A stretch of DNA of 64,000 nucleotides from the human T2T-CHM13v2.0 reference genome, Homo sapiens. The stretch is taken from NCBI RefSeq assembly GCF_009914755.1, contig NC_060937.1; one strand, 5' to 3'. The translations under genes were made by a program, and so were the position numbers. The stretch's first letter is position 1; every line of letters begins with the position of its first letter. The notes under the pieces were generated by a model. That model worked only from the letters and a program-made list of their open reading frames with translations, did no database searches and had not been told where the DNA came from. This document shows positions 27,833-47,324 of the stretch, piece by piece.

Positions 27833-28164
27833 TATACGTCTTTTTAGTGGAATATAGATACAGAAGAAATAAGGTAAATTAGATCACTAGGAGTTGTAGT
27901 GAATGAAGTCAGAGAATATATAACTTCTCTTTTTGCACAAAAAAAGATAAAGGAAAAACTCTAATATGTTTTTAGGTAGAAAAAGAGCAAGGAAAAACTG
28001 AGGCTGTGAGAAAGGTATAATTGGTATGGCAGGTCTCTGGAGCAGGAGAGGACAGGGTCAGCTTCATAGATGGGGTCATTAGGATGTGAAAGATGGAGCA
28101 ATGACTTCTCTGAGACCAGAAATAATAACAAGAATACAAGCAAAGTAACTAGCACAATTCCCAG

Positions 28165-28633
28165 TGTGATGGTTAATTTTATGTGTCAACTTGACTGGAT
28201 CACAGGATACCCAGGTATTTGCTCAAACATTATTCTTGGTCTGTCTATGAGGGTGTTTCTGGATGAAATTAACATTTGAATCTATAGACTGAGTAAAGCA
28301 AACTGCCATCCCTAATGTGGGTGGACCTCACGCAATCAGTTGAGGGCTAAATAGAACAAAAAGGCTAAGTAAGAGAGAGTTCCTTCTGCCTGACTGCCTT
28401 TGAGCTGGAACATTGGTGTTTTTCAGGCTCAAACTGTAATACTGGCTCTTCTCAGGTCTTGAGCCTACTTGCCTTCAGATTGGAACTTTACCATCTGCTC
28501 TCCTGGTTCTCAGGCCTTCAGGGGAGTCTAGAACTATGCCACTGACTCTCCTGGTCTCCAGTTTTTCAACTTCAAATCTTGGGATTTAGTCTCGATGATC
28601 ATGTGAGTCAATTCCGTATAATAAATCTCAGAC

Positions 28634-28681
<48 letters not shown>

Positions 28682-28737
28682 CGATAGATAGATCTATCTT
28701 TCATTGCTTTTGTTTCTCTGGAGAACCCTAATATAAC
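28165..28737 (+). mobile_element. MLT2-type ERVL LTR
   Basis: TGTGATGGTTAATTTTATGTGTCAACTTGACTGG start; ..TGTTTCTCTGGAGAACCCTAA near the end. Confidence 0.8.
28635..28694. repeat. (GATA)11-GATC-(GATA)2-GATC tetranucleotide STR
   Basis: Directly read. Confidence 0.95.
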
Positions 28738-29669
28738 CAGTATTTAGTAAATGTTTAATGTGTGTTGAATGACAATTATAGAGGAAATCAGAAGTGGAGA
28801 GGATGTATGCAGAGGGAGCTGTGAGAAGTGGACAGCTGCCCACACTAACCAGTGAGACTAAAGACCCAGCCAAGTTCTTCAGGGAGATTGCTTTGGTAGC
28901 TATGGGAATAATATGGACAAGCAAGCAAGTCATCTGGACTCTTGATGGGCTGAGATGCCACGCTGGCAAGCAGGTGGTCAACCTCTAGGAGATTCAACAA
29001 GCATGCCTGTGAGGGTTCAGAGCGCTGTGTCAGGAATGTGATGGGAAGTAACAGGCAAAGGCAAAATATTACTGGTATTAAGGAAATGGCGTTAAAGAAA
29101 ACGGACACTTCACTGTCTACTTGTGTCAGAGCTTCCCCATGGTCATTTAATCTAACACGCCTGTAAGCTAAGTGTTCCTACTTTTTCAGAAAAAGAAATG
29201 GAAACTAAGTAACATGAATTAACATAGTCCAGGGTCACAAAGCAACATGGAACAAGAACCTGGATCTGAATTCAGAGGCAGAATGCTGGGTAAGTATGAC
29301 GATGCTTATTGTTGGCCCACCTGTGGGAATTGGGGGTTAGGGACAGGTTTCCCAACCTTGTGATGACTATAGGAACCGGGATTCAAGGGAGACACAGGCA
29401 TAAAGGAAGATGTCAGGGAGACCATCAACAAAGTATCATGTAAGGCAGGAATTTGCTCACAGGAAAATGGGAAGGATAAAAGGGGACGTTAGTGAGAATG
29501 TCATTTTAATATTCAGTTCACTAATCTCCAAAGACCGATGTTCTAAAAGAAAGTGTGAATAAAATAGTTTAACATCTTATTATGCAATATCTATCACTGA
29601 TGATAGGCACATAAGGAGTTCTCGTTACATCTACTTAATTTGCCAGATTAACTGATGCTCCTTGTTCCT

Positions 29670-29838
29670 TCTTTCTTTACTTTTTCTTTTTAGAGATAGG
29701 GTCTTGTTCTGTCGCCCAGGCTTGGGTGCAATGGCATGATCACAGCTCACTGCAGCCTCGAACTCCTGGGCTCTAGTGATTCTCTTGCCTCAGCCTCCCT
29801 TGTAGTTGGACTACAGGTACAAATCACCATGTCTGGCT
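29670..29838 (-). mobile_element. Antisense Alu single arm (FRAM/AluJ-like)
   Basis: GAGATAGGGTCTTG..CACAGCTCACTGCAGCCTCGAACTCCTGGGCTC. Confidence 0.8.
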
Positions 29839-30671
29839 CTTGTTCTTTAACACATGCTTGTAGCTCAAAACTAGTAGAATTCCCTCTGATACATTTGTGA
29901 ACCTCTGCTCCTACTACAAGTTTTATGCTACTGAAGTCAGTTGCCTTTTTCTCAAACCTGCTTATACCAATTAAACTTGTTATTGAAATTAATTAATTAA
30001 ATAGGTAAACCAGTGAAATATGAAACAAAAGTCAGTCACTAAAGAAATTACTGGCAAATTAAGTATAAGCAAAACAACTGCAAAAGTCTCGAAAAAGTGA
30101 GTAGAAATTTACAGATATTTTGTTGGCAAATGAAATACATTTGTAGTTTAAGTTAAAATTTAAAATTAAAGATATGTATGTATCATTTTTAAATTTCTCT
30201 GTTTAAATTGACTTTTTCCCTTCACCAATCACAATATCAGTGTTGGATAAGGGAACTTTCACTATATCCTGTGTTGTATTTGTATGGTACTTTTGATCAT
30301 TCTTTTAATAAAAGCACAATCTATCTAGAAAAGCAAAAATAAAGACTGGAGTCCATGTTCTTTTAGTGACTCCATTCAGCACTTTCATGTGAATTCTCAG
30401 TACTGCATCTATTACTACATATCTTCGTAAACTGTTCCTCTAACTCTTAGGGAGAATATGATTCTTACATACTAAAGTTTGTATCATGAACATTTATGGC
30501 TCACTTGTATTCACAAGATTATGAGGAATTATGCATTCAGGAGCAGGTTAGGTTGTCATCATCATTGTTTTTTCATGATAAGCCAATGTGTACAGCATGT
30601 TAATAGTTTTCTCTGTAAGGAATCTTAGAAATAGTTGAGTGCACTTCTCTAGTATTAAAAACGAGTAAATG

Positions 30672-30973
30672 GACAGGCATAGTGGTGTGCACTTTTAGTC
30701 TCAGGTACTCAGAAGGCTGAGACAGGAGAACTGATTGAGCACAAGAGTTCTGGGCTATAGTGTGCTATGCCAAGTGGGTGTCTGCACTAAGTTTGGCATT
30801 AATATGGTAACCTCTCGGGACAGGGAACTACCAGGTTGCCTAAGGAGGGCTGAACTGGTCCAGGCTGGAAATGGAGCAGGTCAAAATTCCCATGCTGATC
30901 AGTAGTGGGATGGCACCTGTGAATAGCCACGGCCCTCCAGCCTGGGCAACATAGCAAGACCCCATCTGTCTCT
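30672..30973 (+). pseudogene. Full-length 7SL (SRP RNA) retropseudogene
   Basis: Alu-domain ends enclose the 7SL-specific S domain (TCTGCACTAAGTTTGGCATTAATATGG..CCAGGTTGCCTAAGGAGGG..GGAGCAGGTCAAAA..CTGATCAGTAGTGGGAT). TSD AAAAA(C/T)GAGTAAA at 30657-30669 and 30982-30994. Heavy CpG decay. Confidence 0.93.
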
Positions 30974-31544
30974 AATTTTTAAAAAATGAGTAAACTGAGA
31001 ACTAGGGTTAAATAAACTTGCCCAAGGTAGAAATTTATTGAAATAAAATTAAGGGAAATGTTTATATAGCCCTTAACATTATGTCTTCTCCATGATATAT
31101 AACACTTTAAATCCAAGGATCTCAAAACACTTTTAAATCAGATCATTAATTCTTCTGATATCTATGTATCAAATTATTCTGTTTTCTACCAGCTGGTTGT
31201 CCCTTGTCAGACTAAAAGTCAACATTTTCTTTGTGGATGAATCAATTGAGAGTTGCATTCATCTGGGAATAACAAGGGTTCACCTGAAAAACGAGGGTTA
31301 TTTTTATCACATATGTCTGAGGTAGTCAGTCCAGGCCTCATCTGTCCACTGTGTACTTCATAATGTCATCAGGAACATTAAGCTTTCTCTGTTTTCTTGT
31401 TCAGCCATTCTCAATATGTGTTTGTCAACTCATAATTACCTAATTCACCTCAAGTATTGTAGGTTTGGTTTGGTAGAAGTAATAGGAAGGAGAAAAGAAA
31501 GCATGCCAGCTGAGCTGGCCTTCCTTTAAAAAAGAGATTTTTCT

Positions 31545-31823
<279 letters not shown>

Positions 31824-32987
31824 CGAGATTTTCTAGAACTGTGCCTAAGTGTCCAACTATTGATCTGATTTGCCAACTATATCACGTGGCCATTTCCATT
31901 TGCACAGGAGGCTGGGAAATGTAGTTTTTGGCTGCACATATGGCCACCTCCAACCAAACTGAGGCAATTAGTAAGGAAGGCGAGGATAGGTGTCGGGCGA
32001 CTGGTGATCTTTGTCACTGCAGGGCTGTTGCCAAGATTAGAAAGAATGCATGTGTGGTTCCTGGCTTATACCTGTCATCTAGTAGATGCTGAAGAACAGG
32101 GAGCTCTTATTTTGTTAGAAAAGATAAAACAAGTGGTAATGTTTCCAAATTTCTTTCATAGTAATTGTGCAGTGTTTTCATACATGCAATGAATTCAATG
32201 TGGTAATAAGATAACTTTTACTAGAAGAACAAATTTTTACTAAACTGCCATTTTGCACTAAAATACTGGTACCACAACTTTTAAAAACTAATTTGATTAA
32301 CCAGATTATCATTTGAACAATGGACAATGAATGTGCACTACAGTCTCAAAAATTTTAAAATATAAGTAACTTTTTCCTCTACTTGTGTTTTATGAATTGG
32401 AAAATATTTGTTTATTGTACAGTCACATAATGATGTTTCCATCATGGATGCACCACATATACAACTGTTCCATAAGATCATAAGGGAGCTGAAAAATTCT
32501 TAGGGCCTAGTGACATCAGTTGTAATGTCATAGAACAACAGCTTACTCATATGTTTATGGTGATGTTGGTGTAAACAAACCTACTATGCTGCCAGTCATA
32601 TAAAAGTAAAGTATATACAGTTATGTACATTACATAATACTTGATCATAAATGACTGTTACTGGTTTATATATTTAGTATATTAAACTTTTTACCATTAT
32701 TTTAGAGTATGTTCCTCTATTTATAAAAAAAGGGTTAACTGTAAAATAACCTCAGGCAGCTCCTTCAGGAGGTATCCAAAGGCATTGTTATGGTGGGAGA
32801 TGACAGCTCCATGCCTGTTATTGCCTCTGAAGACCATGCAGGACACCATGTGGAGATAGAAGACGGTGACATTGAGAATCCTGACCTTATGCTGGCCTAG
32901 GCTAATGTGTGTGTTTGTGTCTTAGTTTTTAACAAAAAAGTTTATAAAGTAAATAAATAGAAAATAGCATATAGAATAAGGATATAA

Positions 32988-33699
<712 letters not shown>

Positions 33700-33743
33700 G
33701 TGTGATTTAATCCAAGTGTTATTATAGGAGAGTCAAAAAGTTA

Positions 33744-34341
<598 letters not shown>

Positions 34342-36057
34342 GTTAAGAAAATAGTTTATAAAGCAAAACAATTACAGTAAGCTAATTATTGAAAAGAGAA
34401 AAACATTTTTATATAAATTTAGTGTACAGTATTTATATAAAAAGTCTACAGTAGTATAATGTCCTAGGCCTTCACTTTCACTCAGCACTCACTTGCTCAC
34501 TAAGAGCAAGTTCCAGCCCTATAAGCTCCATTCATGGTAAGTGCCCTATCCACGTTACCATTTTGTTCTCTTATATCATATTTTTACTGTACCTTTTTAG
34601 TGTTTATACACACACACATAACATTGTGTCACAATTGCCTACAGTATTCAGTACAGTAACATGCTGTACAGGTTTGTAGCCTAGGAGCAATAGGCCATAC
34701 CATATAACCTAGGTGTGGAGTAGGTTATACCATCTAGGTTTGTGTAAATAAACTCTATGATGTTCACACAATGATGAAACCATATAGTGGTGCATTTATC
34801 AGAATGTATCCCATTAAGCAATGCATGACTATATTTATCATTAAATTATGTATTGTATCATAAATAAAGCCTATTCAAATGGGTGACGTGTTTAAAAAAT
34901 AACATCTGTTGAACCATTAAAATTTTACCATAAATATTTATTTGTACTAATATATTGTTAAGTAAAGATCTTGATCTTCAAAAGATGTGTATTTGGGGAT
35001 CACTGGAGTTGTTTGTTTGTTTTTTAGAGACGGGGTCTCACTATGTTGCTCAGGTTGGACTTTAACTCCTGGGCTCAAGCAATCACATGCCATCATTCCT
35101 GGTGGGTTTTTTATTTCAGTCACAAGAATTTCTAGTTTGCTGTAGGCATTACCACTACAATGGCAATACCAGAAGTTTTATATAGGGTATTTGATTTTGT
35201 GAAGCAATAAGAGGAAAAAGACAAATATTTATTTGTCATTTTATATATTTTTAAAATCACTTTTCACACATAAATTAAAAATGTTAGCAGAATTTCATAG
35301 ATATGAAAACAACTAGACTAACATCTCTCACACACAAGATACATTGTGTGCAGTCAATACAATGATAAAACAAAAGGCTGAAAAACAATCCAATGTTTTG
35401 TTATACTGGACTTTAATCATGTAAGTCATTGTTTTTAAATAAGTGGGCAAAACAGTTCATATAAAATCTTTGCCTAAATATTTTCTTTAATGTGAACTAA
35501 ATAGGAAAGGAGTGGATGTACATGTGTGTGTAAAAAGGAAGGGACTCTAGCCATTCTAAAAGTTCATTGAATTCATTCTGTAAGTGATGAATTCAGTCAA
35601 TATATAAAGTTCAAACCCAAACTTTTCCCCTTTATTGCAAGATTTATTTTTTCTACATAATTACTAAAATACCTGACTCCATTATCCAGTTAATTAATAT
35701 GTATATGTATATGTAGATATATATATATATATATATCTTCAAATTGCAGTTTTTAAGCTACCATAGTTCCACCAGTAAGTTGTACATGCTTTTTTCTTTT
35801 GAACTTTTTCTTGCTTATTTTTTCTTGACTTAGATTTTTCCCATCACCTGTAATTCAGCTTATTTTAGATAACCTTTGTCTTTCTTTAACTTATTTAGCC
35901 TAATTTCACTTCTTTCATACGGATGCCACAACCCCTATTTTACCCCAATTTAGCATATGTCTTGTTCTTAATAATGGTACTTATGTCAACACTATCATTT
36001 CATTGGCAACATTCTCACTGCTTGAAGTCAGGCTCAATGATGAAGGAGAATTTGTTT

Positions 36058-36345
36058 AATTTTATTTTTTATTGACAAATAATAATTGTACGTATTCATC
36101 ATTGTGATTTTTGGATCCCATAATCTATAATGATCAGAGAGAGTAATTAGCATATCCATCATCCCAAACATTTATCATTTATTTGTGTTGGGAACATAAT
36201 CCTCCTAGCTATTTGAAACTATGTTATTGTTCACTATAGTCATCCTACATCTATACATGGTATAGAACACTAGAACTTATTCCTTCTGTCTAGCTGTAAT
36301 TTTCTATCCTTTAACAAATCTCTCCCTATCCCTCCCTTCCCCCTG
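36058..36345 (-). mobile_element. L1M-type 3'UTR fragment
   Basis: TTTTTATTGACAAATAATAATTGTAC..TAGAACACTAGAACTTATTCCT..CTAGCTGTAATTTT is typical of antisense L1MA 3' ends. Confidence 0.7.
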
Positions 36346-38588
36346 AGAATTTGTTTAGGTATAAATATATTTTAGAAATAGCTGAAATAAAATGCACATG
36401 TTTAATTCTTTCCATTTTTTCCTAAACTTCTTAACCATCCAGATGGTACTTTTTAAACTTGTTTTCTTTACTCCTTCCATATTTATATTTCTTTCTAGTT
36501 TTTCATGATCTCCATTGTAGAATCTTTGTAATACCCAACTTGTTTTATGTTCCTTTCCTTCCCACATAAATAGAATGTGTACTCATTTCACTAAGCTTAA
36601 TTAAATTGTAGTTTCTCAGGATAACTATATCTTTTATGACTGCTAATATAGTTCTCTCCTTCTTTCTGCATTGCCCTCTCCCCCAGAACTCCATTTGCCA
36701 TCCTCAGCATCCCCTTATCTAGCTAGACTCCGTATCACTGTTCCAAACCCAGTTCAGAAAACCACTCCTGACTCTTGAGCCCTTGGTTCAATACTCAGTT
36801 CCAGTATGTAGCAGAGCTTGAGACCATGTCTTACTCATCATAATATCTGCTCAAATATTTGTTGAATTAGTGAATGATTAGGTTACATGCCTTATTCTAA
36901 ACTCCTAGTCTGATTCATCTGTATTTTTCTAGGTAGAACCCTCATTCTACAGTAATACAATTTTTTTCATCTTGAGCTTTTCCTAAACATGTCACTCTTG
37001 TTACTTGCTGTCTCCCTTTAATCCACTCAGCCTTTTGCAGATAAAAAATTTTAATTTCAGTTAAAGTGCTCTTTATTTTTCTCACCAACAAGATCCTTTT
37101 ATACTTTAAGGACCATTTTCACCTTCATAAGGAATCTGAAACCTATTCAGATCCAGTAGTTTGCTCTTTTTCACAGATCAAGCTAAGCAAACTCCCCTGG
37201 CAGGAAGCCACCAGAAATTTCAGTTACAGGATACTGCCATATTCTTTCACAAAAAAGGGCCTGGTAAGTGCAAGTGATGCCCTATTTCTCTTAGCTGTCT
37301 CTAACCCTTACTCAAAGAAAGGGTAAGTAAAAATGGGTGACATGTTAGACGTTTAAAAATGAAATAAAAATGCATACACACATGGATAAAGTACTTCCTA
37401 AAGTATGAGCTGCCTTATTTTCTCAGGTATAAAATTATTTTAGGGAAGTTTCAATAAATCAAATGTTAAGAAACTGCTAAAACATTTTTTTGTGAGTTGC
37501 TTTCATTTTGCCTGATTTATAATTTCAACACTCTGCTCTACCACAGAGTATGTAGGTTTGTCTGTCATATCATAGCTTTCAAAGGGATATTCTTATTTTA
37601 AATCTCAACATCATCATTAAATTGTTCTAATAATAAGAGGCCTAAATTTTAAATCCTCAGGGACATCAAGGCATCTCATCTGCTATGTTATTCAAGCACT
37701 GACAGCATATTGCAAAACATCTAGGCAATAGAGGGCAAGAACAAAACCTAATGTTGTTACCTTATTGACAGTTCCTAAGATACATCATAAAATTATAAAA
37801 TGTTTTGTTTAAAGCTGGTAGGCTATTTTAATAAGCGAAGAAAAGGGGATGGAACTTCTAAGTGTATCTATTTCAAGATACATCTTATAATTGACCCTTT
37901 TTCCTCCTTAAATAAATGTATTCCTCCCAGTACATAGCTCAGAGCATTGTTATAACATCCTTGAGAAGGAGTCATTTAAAAATGGAGTTAAGAAAAGTTC
38001 ACATTTCAGCCTTGTAAGTGGTTTAGTTACGTGATGACCTTGAAGATTTAGCTCCAATTGTACAGTCTCGTAAAGGGTACCTAGCGTAGCTTAGAAAAGA
38101 CAATACCCCAAAATTCACTTTTACGCTACTAAATATTTTTGCTTATTATGATTTTGTTGAGGAAGGATTGGAGCTGGTAAAAAGGCAACAGGCATTTGTG
38201 TAGTGGTCTGAAGTTTGACGGCCAAAAATAAACATAGGAAAAAAATCATGACTTTCAGATGTGTGACTTTGAGATCTGGCACAGGCTGAATTCAAGTTTA
38301 CCTTTGCACTATTAAAAAAAAAAGTTTGCTAGGCAGATGGGTAAACAGTAGAGTTTATCTTACTTTATAATGAGTGTTAAACTATACATGATCTTTAGCC
38401 TCAAAATTGTTTATTCACAAATAATAAAGAGAAGCATTGCAGCCATACCTAAAAAAGACCTCATTTTCATACCTGATTATTTTATCTGCCTTTCACTTAT
38501 GTTGCTGTGTTTTTAAAGTTATAGCAGTTGTTAAAAGTTGTAAACTTATTTATAAAAACTTACGAAACTTTTAGAAAACTTCTGGTAT

Positions 38589-38590
<2 letters not shown>

Positions 38591-38622
<32 letters not shown>
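38591..38622. repeat. (AC)n microsatellite, one interruption
   Basis: Directly read. Confidence 0.9.
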
Positions 38623-40767
38623 AAAGCAGGGGCGCATGCATTTATTTATTTTTAATTGATACAGGCTTTCCCCCTGTTGACTCTCAGCCAGAGACATTTA
38701 ACTGGGAAACATTTGGAAAGGTATGAGGGCATTTTTCATTTCTCAATGATGGATGAAGGTCAGGCAGTGAACCACTGACTTTCAGTGCCAGGAACTAAGT
38801 ATATGAAACAGTCTACAAAATGTGGGACTGACTGTCCCGCACAACCATGAATTATCCCATCCAAAATGCCAATAATGCTGTCACCCTTAAGAAACTCAAA
38901 GGGCTCAGCTATAAAAATAAATGAAGTGTTCTTCTTGAACAAGTACAGAAGCAGAGGAGTGTAGGAACTCCATGTGGACTGCAGAGACAGACAGCTTGAG
39001 TTCAAATCCAATTTATAGCTGTATGACCTGCATGTTTAACAACATTTAATGATCTGAGACTCAGTTGTCCTATCTGTAAAATGGGTATAACAGTAATACT
39101 TGACTCATAGACTTGTTTTAAGAATTAAACAAGTTAAAAGATAGAAAATGCTTGGCATATGGTAATCTCTCAATTGATGCTGGCTAGTGCTATTACAAGT
39201 TCATTCCAGTCTGTTTTATGTTAATTAGTATTGGTGAGAAAATGTACAAATATATTTTTTGAAACCTGAAGCTTCTAAATTAAAAAATCTTTAGGTCAGA
39301 ATTCATTATGCATTAGAAGATATTTCTTGATAATGATAATCATAATGTAAACATGTTCTCAGTCACTAAATATATTCAGACAAAGCAGTAGGAAAGGGTT
39401 AAGGGAGCATTCCCAGGCTGAAAAAAATTTCTGTGGTCTGTGGAACAGAGAGGGTGTCAGGGGGATGCTTCACAGGGTGTAGAGATGCAGAGGAGGCCTA
39501 ACTGAATTATAACCGCGAGTTTGCACAGTGGTGAGCATAGCTGATGAGATGCAAGCAAAAAAAGAGTATTGCTGACCTAGGACCATGAGGAAAAACCAAA
39601 TCCAAATTAGTCAAGTTGGAGGACATTTGTTGAAAACTCCACACTTCCATGAGGTCTGTAGCCTTGAGCCTATCAGTGCCGACACAGAACATTCTGAATA
39701 GTTCAATGCCTCTTTCTGTTAAAGAGGAGACGCCTCACTCTGCCGCTCAATCTTGGACTTGTTTGTGCACAGAGGTCCTTGCTTATGTAACACTCGCTTT
39801 TAACTATAATTCACAGAGTCCTTTGAACACATAAAGGGAAAGCCACTTTCGCTCCTGTTAAGGATGTATAAGCACAAAAAATGAACAGTGAATTAATCCT
39901 AGTGTTTTATACATTTTTTTTTAAAAAAAGAATCTAAGCCAGAATGAGGTTACTGCCTAGGCAAAGAAGAAGACAGCTCATCACAGGTGAGTGTAACACG
40001 TTTTTCATATGTACAAATTAAGCAGCCTGAAACAAAAGGCACTCAAAAGGTAAAAGAATACCAGTCACCCCTCTGATTTGTCAAATCAAAGTTCTGTCAA
40101 CTGTTAGATGTGTTATGTGATAATGCAAACGATAAATGCCTTAATCACAAATAAGATTGGATAATATCACCATTAGTAGGAGACTTCCAAAAATAGCAAT
40201 AATAGTACTATGTTGACTCATTCTCTTTCAAAGACTGAGTCACAAAGTACAAAATCCAGTGAGTTAGAATTGATGACGGTAAATATCCTATTCCCCTGTC
40301 ACTCTTGCTTCCTCTTCCTACTCTCTAAACCTTCACATTGCTATTCAGTCTCCTCCATTATGTTCCCTAGCTGTATATTTACATCTTGTACACACACCCA
40401 CTTTGCTTCAGAGACCCTCTCTAAAGTTTGCCTTACTTAGATAGCACTGCTGTGAATGTTTCTCAAATCTCTGTCTTCACTATTGTCCCCTTCCTCACAC
40501 TCCAGTCTTCATGTTACTGGGAGCTTTTAGATAGTGCTACTTAAATACAAATATTCTACGCTGAAATTCACACATTTTCTTCCTACAGTTCACATTCAAA
40601 TCATCAACATATCTGGACTGCTATTTACAAAATACATCTAGTATCTGACCATTTCTCACCGCCTCCACCCTGGTCTAAGCCACCGTTAACTCTTCCTGGG
40701 TTGTTATAATAGCCTCCTCACTGATCTCGATGCTTCTACCCTTATTCCACTTCCCTCTCTCTCTCTC

Positions 40768-40992
40768 TTTTTTTTTTTTTTTTTTTTTTTTTTGGAGACT
40801 GGGACCTCACTTTGTCACCCAGGCTGGAGTGCAGTGGCATGAACATCATGAGGTCTGTAGTCTTGAGCCTATCAGTGCCGACACAGAACATTCTGAACAT
40901 TCTCACTGCAGCCTCAGCCTCCTGGGCACTCGAGTGCCTCCCACCTCAGCCTCCCAAGTAGCTTGGACTACAGATGTGCACTACTATGCCCG
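40768..40992 (-). mobile_element. Antisense Alu arm (AluJ/FRAM-like) carrying a non-Alu insert
   Basis: Poly-T, GTCACCCAGGCTGGAGTGCAGTGG, then foreign sequence, then CTCACTGCAGCCTC..CCTCAGCCTCCCAAGTAGC. Confidence 0.85.
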
Positions 40993-41809
40993 TCTCCACT
41001 TCACATTATTTTAAACACAGCAGCCAAAGTGATGCTTTTAAAATAGAAGTCACATCCATGACACCAATCTCGTTCAGAATAAAAGCCAAATTCTTTACAA
41101 TTTATAAGGTCCTACACAATGAGACTCTGACCTTGTCTGTTACTCTCCTTCCCCTCAGTCTTCTTGTTCCCTCTGGCTAGAATGTGTCTCCCCCCACCCC
41201 CCAGGCATCCGCATGACTTGCTTCCTCACCCCCTTGAAGTCTTCACTTGAATGAATTCTCCACGAGGTCTCCCCTGACTACCCTGACCATAGCTTATTCC
41301 CCTTTCCCACTTTTCTTCACAATGCTTTGTGCTGACATAAACTTATTTACTTATTTATTTTTTGACTCTCCATACTGGAAACTGTAGGGACAGGGGTGTT
41401 AGTCTATTTTGTTCACTGATAGATCTCTAGGGCCTAGAATGATGCCTGGCACACGATTGCCATTAAATGAACACTTCTTGAATAAATCCCAAATCTCTAA
41501 CTCTTCTAAAATCAGCTCCAAATATGGACTATCCTACTTTTCCTGAAGATCCGGTTTTCTCCTGCTAAAAGTCTATCCAGTTTCAAAACTGTGCAGTTAT
41601 CTCCTTGTCTCTGTCCATCACTAAGACTTATTAGTTGACAAATCCTTTCAATTCCTTAATGTTATTAGAATCGGCTCTATTGCTGCTATCTTTTGTTACT
41701 AACAGCCTTGTTTGGTTCAGGCTTGGACCTGAATCCTATCTCCACCATTTACTGATTGTAAGATCTTGGGCAAGTTTATTTGGGCAGAGGGAGGGAGGAG
41801 GTCTCAGGT

Positions 41810-42113
41810 TTTCTTTATTATTATTATTGAGACAGGGTCTCACTCTTTCGCCCAGGCTAGAGTACAGTGCTACAATCATAGCTCTCTGCCACCTTGAACT
41901 CCTAGGCTCAAGCAATCCTCCTGACTCAGCCTCCCAAGAAGCTAGGACTATATAGGTGACTGCCACCATGCCTGGCTAATTTTTAAAATTTTTTTGTAGA
42001 GACGGAGTCTCACTTTGTTGCCCAGGCTGGTCTCTTACTCCTAGCTTCATGTGTTTCTCTGGCCTCGGCCTCCTAATGTGCTGGGATTACCAGTGTGAGC
42101 CACCGTGCCCAGC
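41810..42113 (-). mobile_element. AluJ-type SINE
   Basis: (TTA)n tail; TSD CTCAGGTTTTC. Confidence 0.88.
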
Positions 42114-42514
42114 CTCAGGTTTTCATTGATCAGGTAGTATCTACTTTACAGAATGCTTATGAGCATTACATGAAATAGCGTATCTAAAGCACATATTCAT
42201 ACCTGACACATAGTAAGTGATCAATCTATTCCTTCATGCCCGATCCATGGCAATGGAGTTCTGTTATCCCTTCTCCTTGTCTTATTCCATTTCAATACAT
42301 CATACCAATGCTACCAAAAAAATCTTTTATAAGTGTTGCTTTGATCATGCTGCTCAATTACCTACAACTTTCAAAATCTTTCTACAGAGGAAAGGAATTA
42401 TAATTTGTGTGCCACTATGCCCCCGGTGCTATATGTACATGACATAATTTAAAATGCCAAATCATTCATCTAACATTTATAGCCTACCCAACTCTGCCTT
42501 TCCTCTTTCTAGCT

Positions 42515-42947
42515 TCGATGGTTAATTTTATGTGTTAACTTGGGCAGGCCATGGTACCCAGATATTTGGTCAAGCACCTGTCTAGATGTCTCTATGAAGG
42601 TATTTTTTAGATGAGATTAACATTTAAATCAGTAAACGTTGAGTAAAGCAAATTAGTCATAATATGCATGGACCTCATCCAATCAATTGAAGGCCTTAGG
42701 AGAAAGAGTTGAAATTCTTAAGAGGAAAAGGCTGAGGTCTCTCAAGGAATAAGGAAGTCTGCCTCCAGACTGCCATGGGACTCTGGCTGTAACATCAACT
42801 CTTCCCTCCTGGCCTGCCTTGCAGAATTCAGATTTGTCAGCACCCACAATTACATATGCCATTTTTTAAAGGCAGTCTCTCTCTTCCTTCATCACTCCCA
42901 TTCTCCACATCCACATATACATCCTATTGGTTCTCTGATTAATATAC
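42515..42947 (+). mobile_element. MLT2-type ERVL LTR
   Basis: GATGGTTAATTTTATGTGTTAACTTGG..GATGAGATTAACATTTAAATCAGTA; related to 28165-28737. Confidence 0.75.
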
Positions 42948-43181
42948 CAGCCATATAAAGACCTATCAGAATCCTATATGTTTCTTATGACCCATCTCTT
43001 CACTAATCTGTAACTATTCCAGCCAAAAATTTATTTTTTACTCTAAATTCCTTGAACTCCTCAAACATCCTTCTTTGCATTGATGTAATTTGTATTTGTA
43101 ATGATTTCCCTACCAGGAGGTCTGCTGTCCCACCCCACCACTGAGTTACCTAGGCAAAGTTTTTTTTAATAGTAGAATAAC

Positions 43182-47324
<4,143 letters not shown>

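Noticed and set aside
39507-39692. 61-aa minus-strand ORF in non-repeat sequence
   Set aside because: No recognisable homology or supporting gene structure; length within chance expectation.
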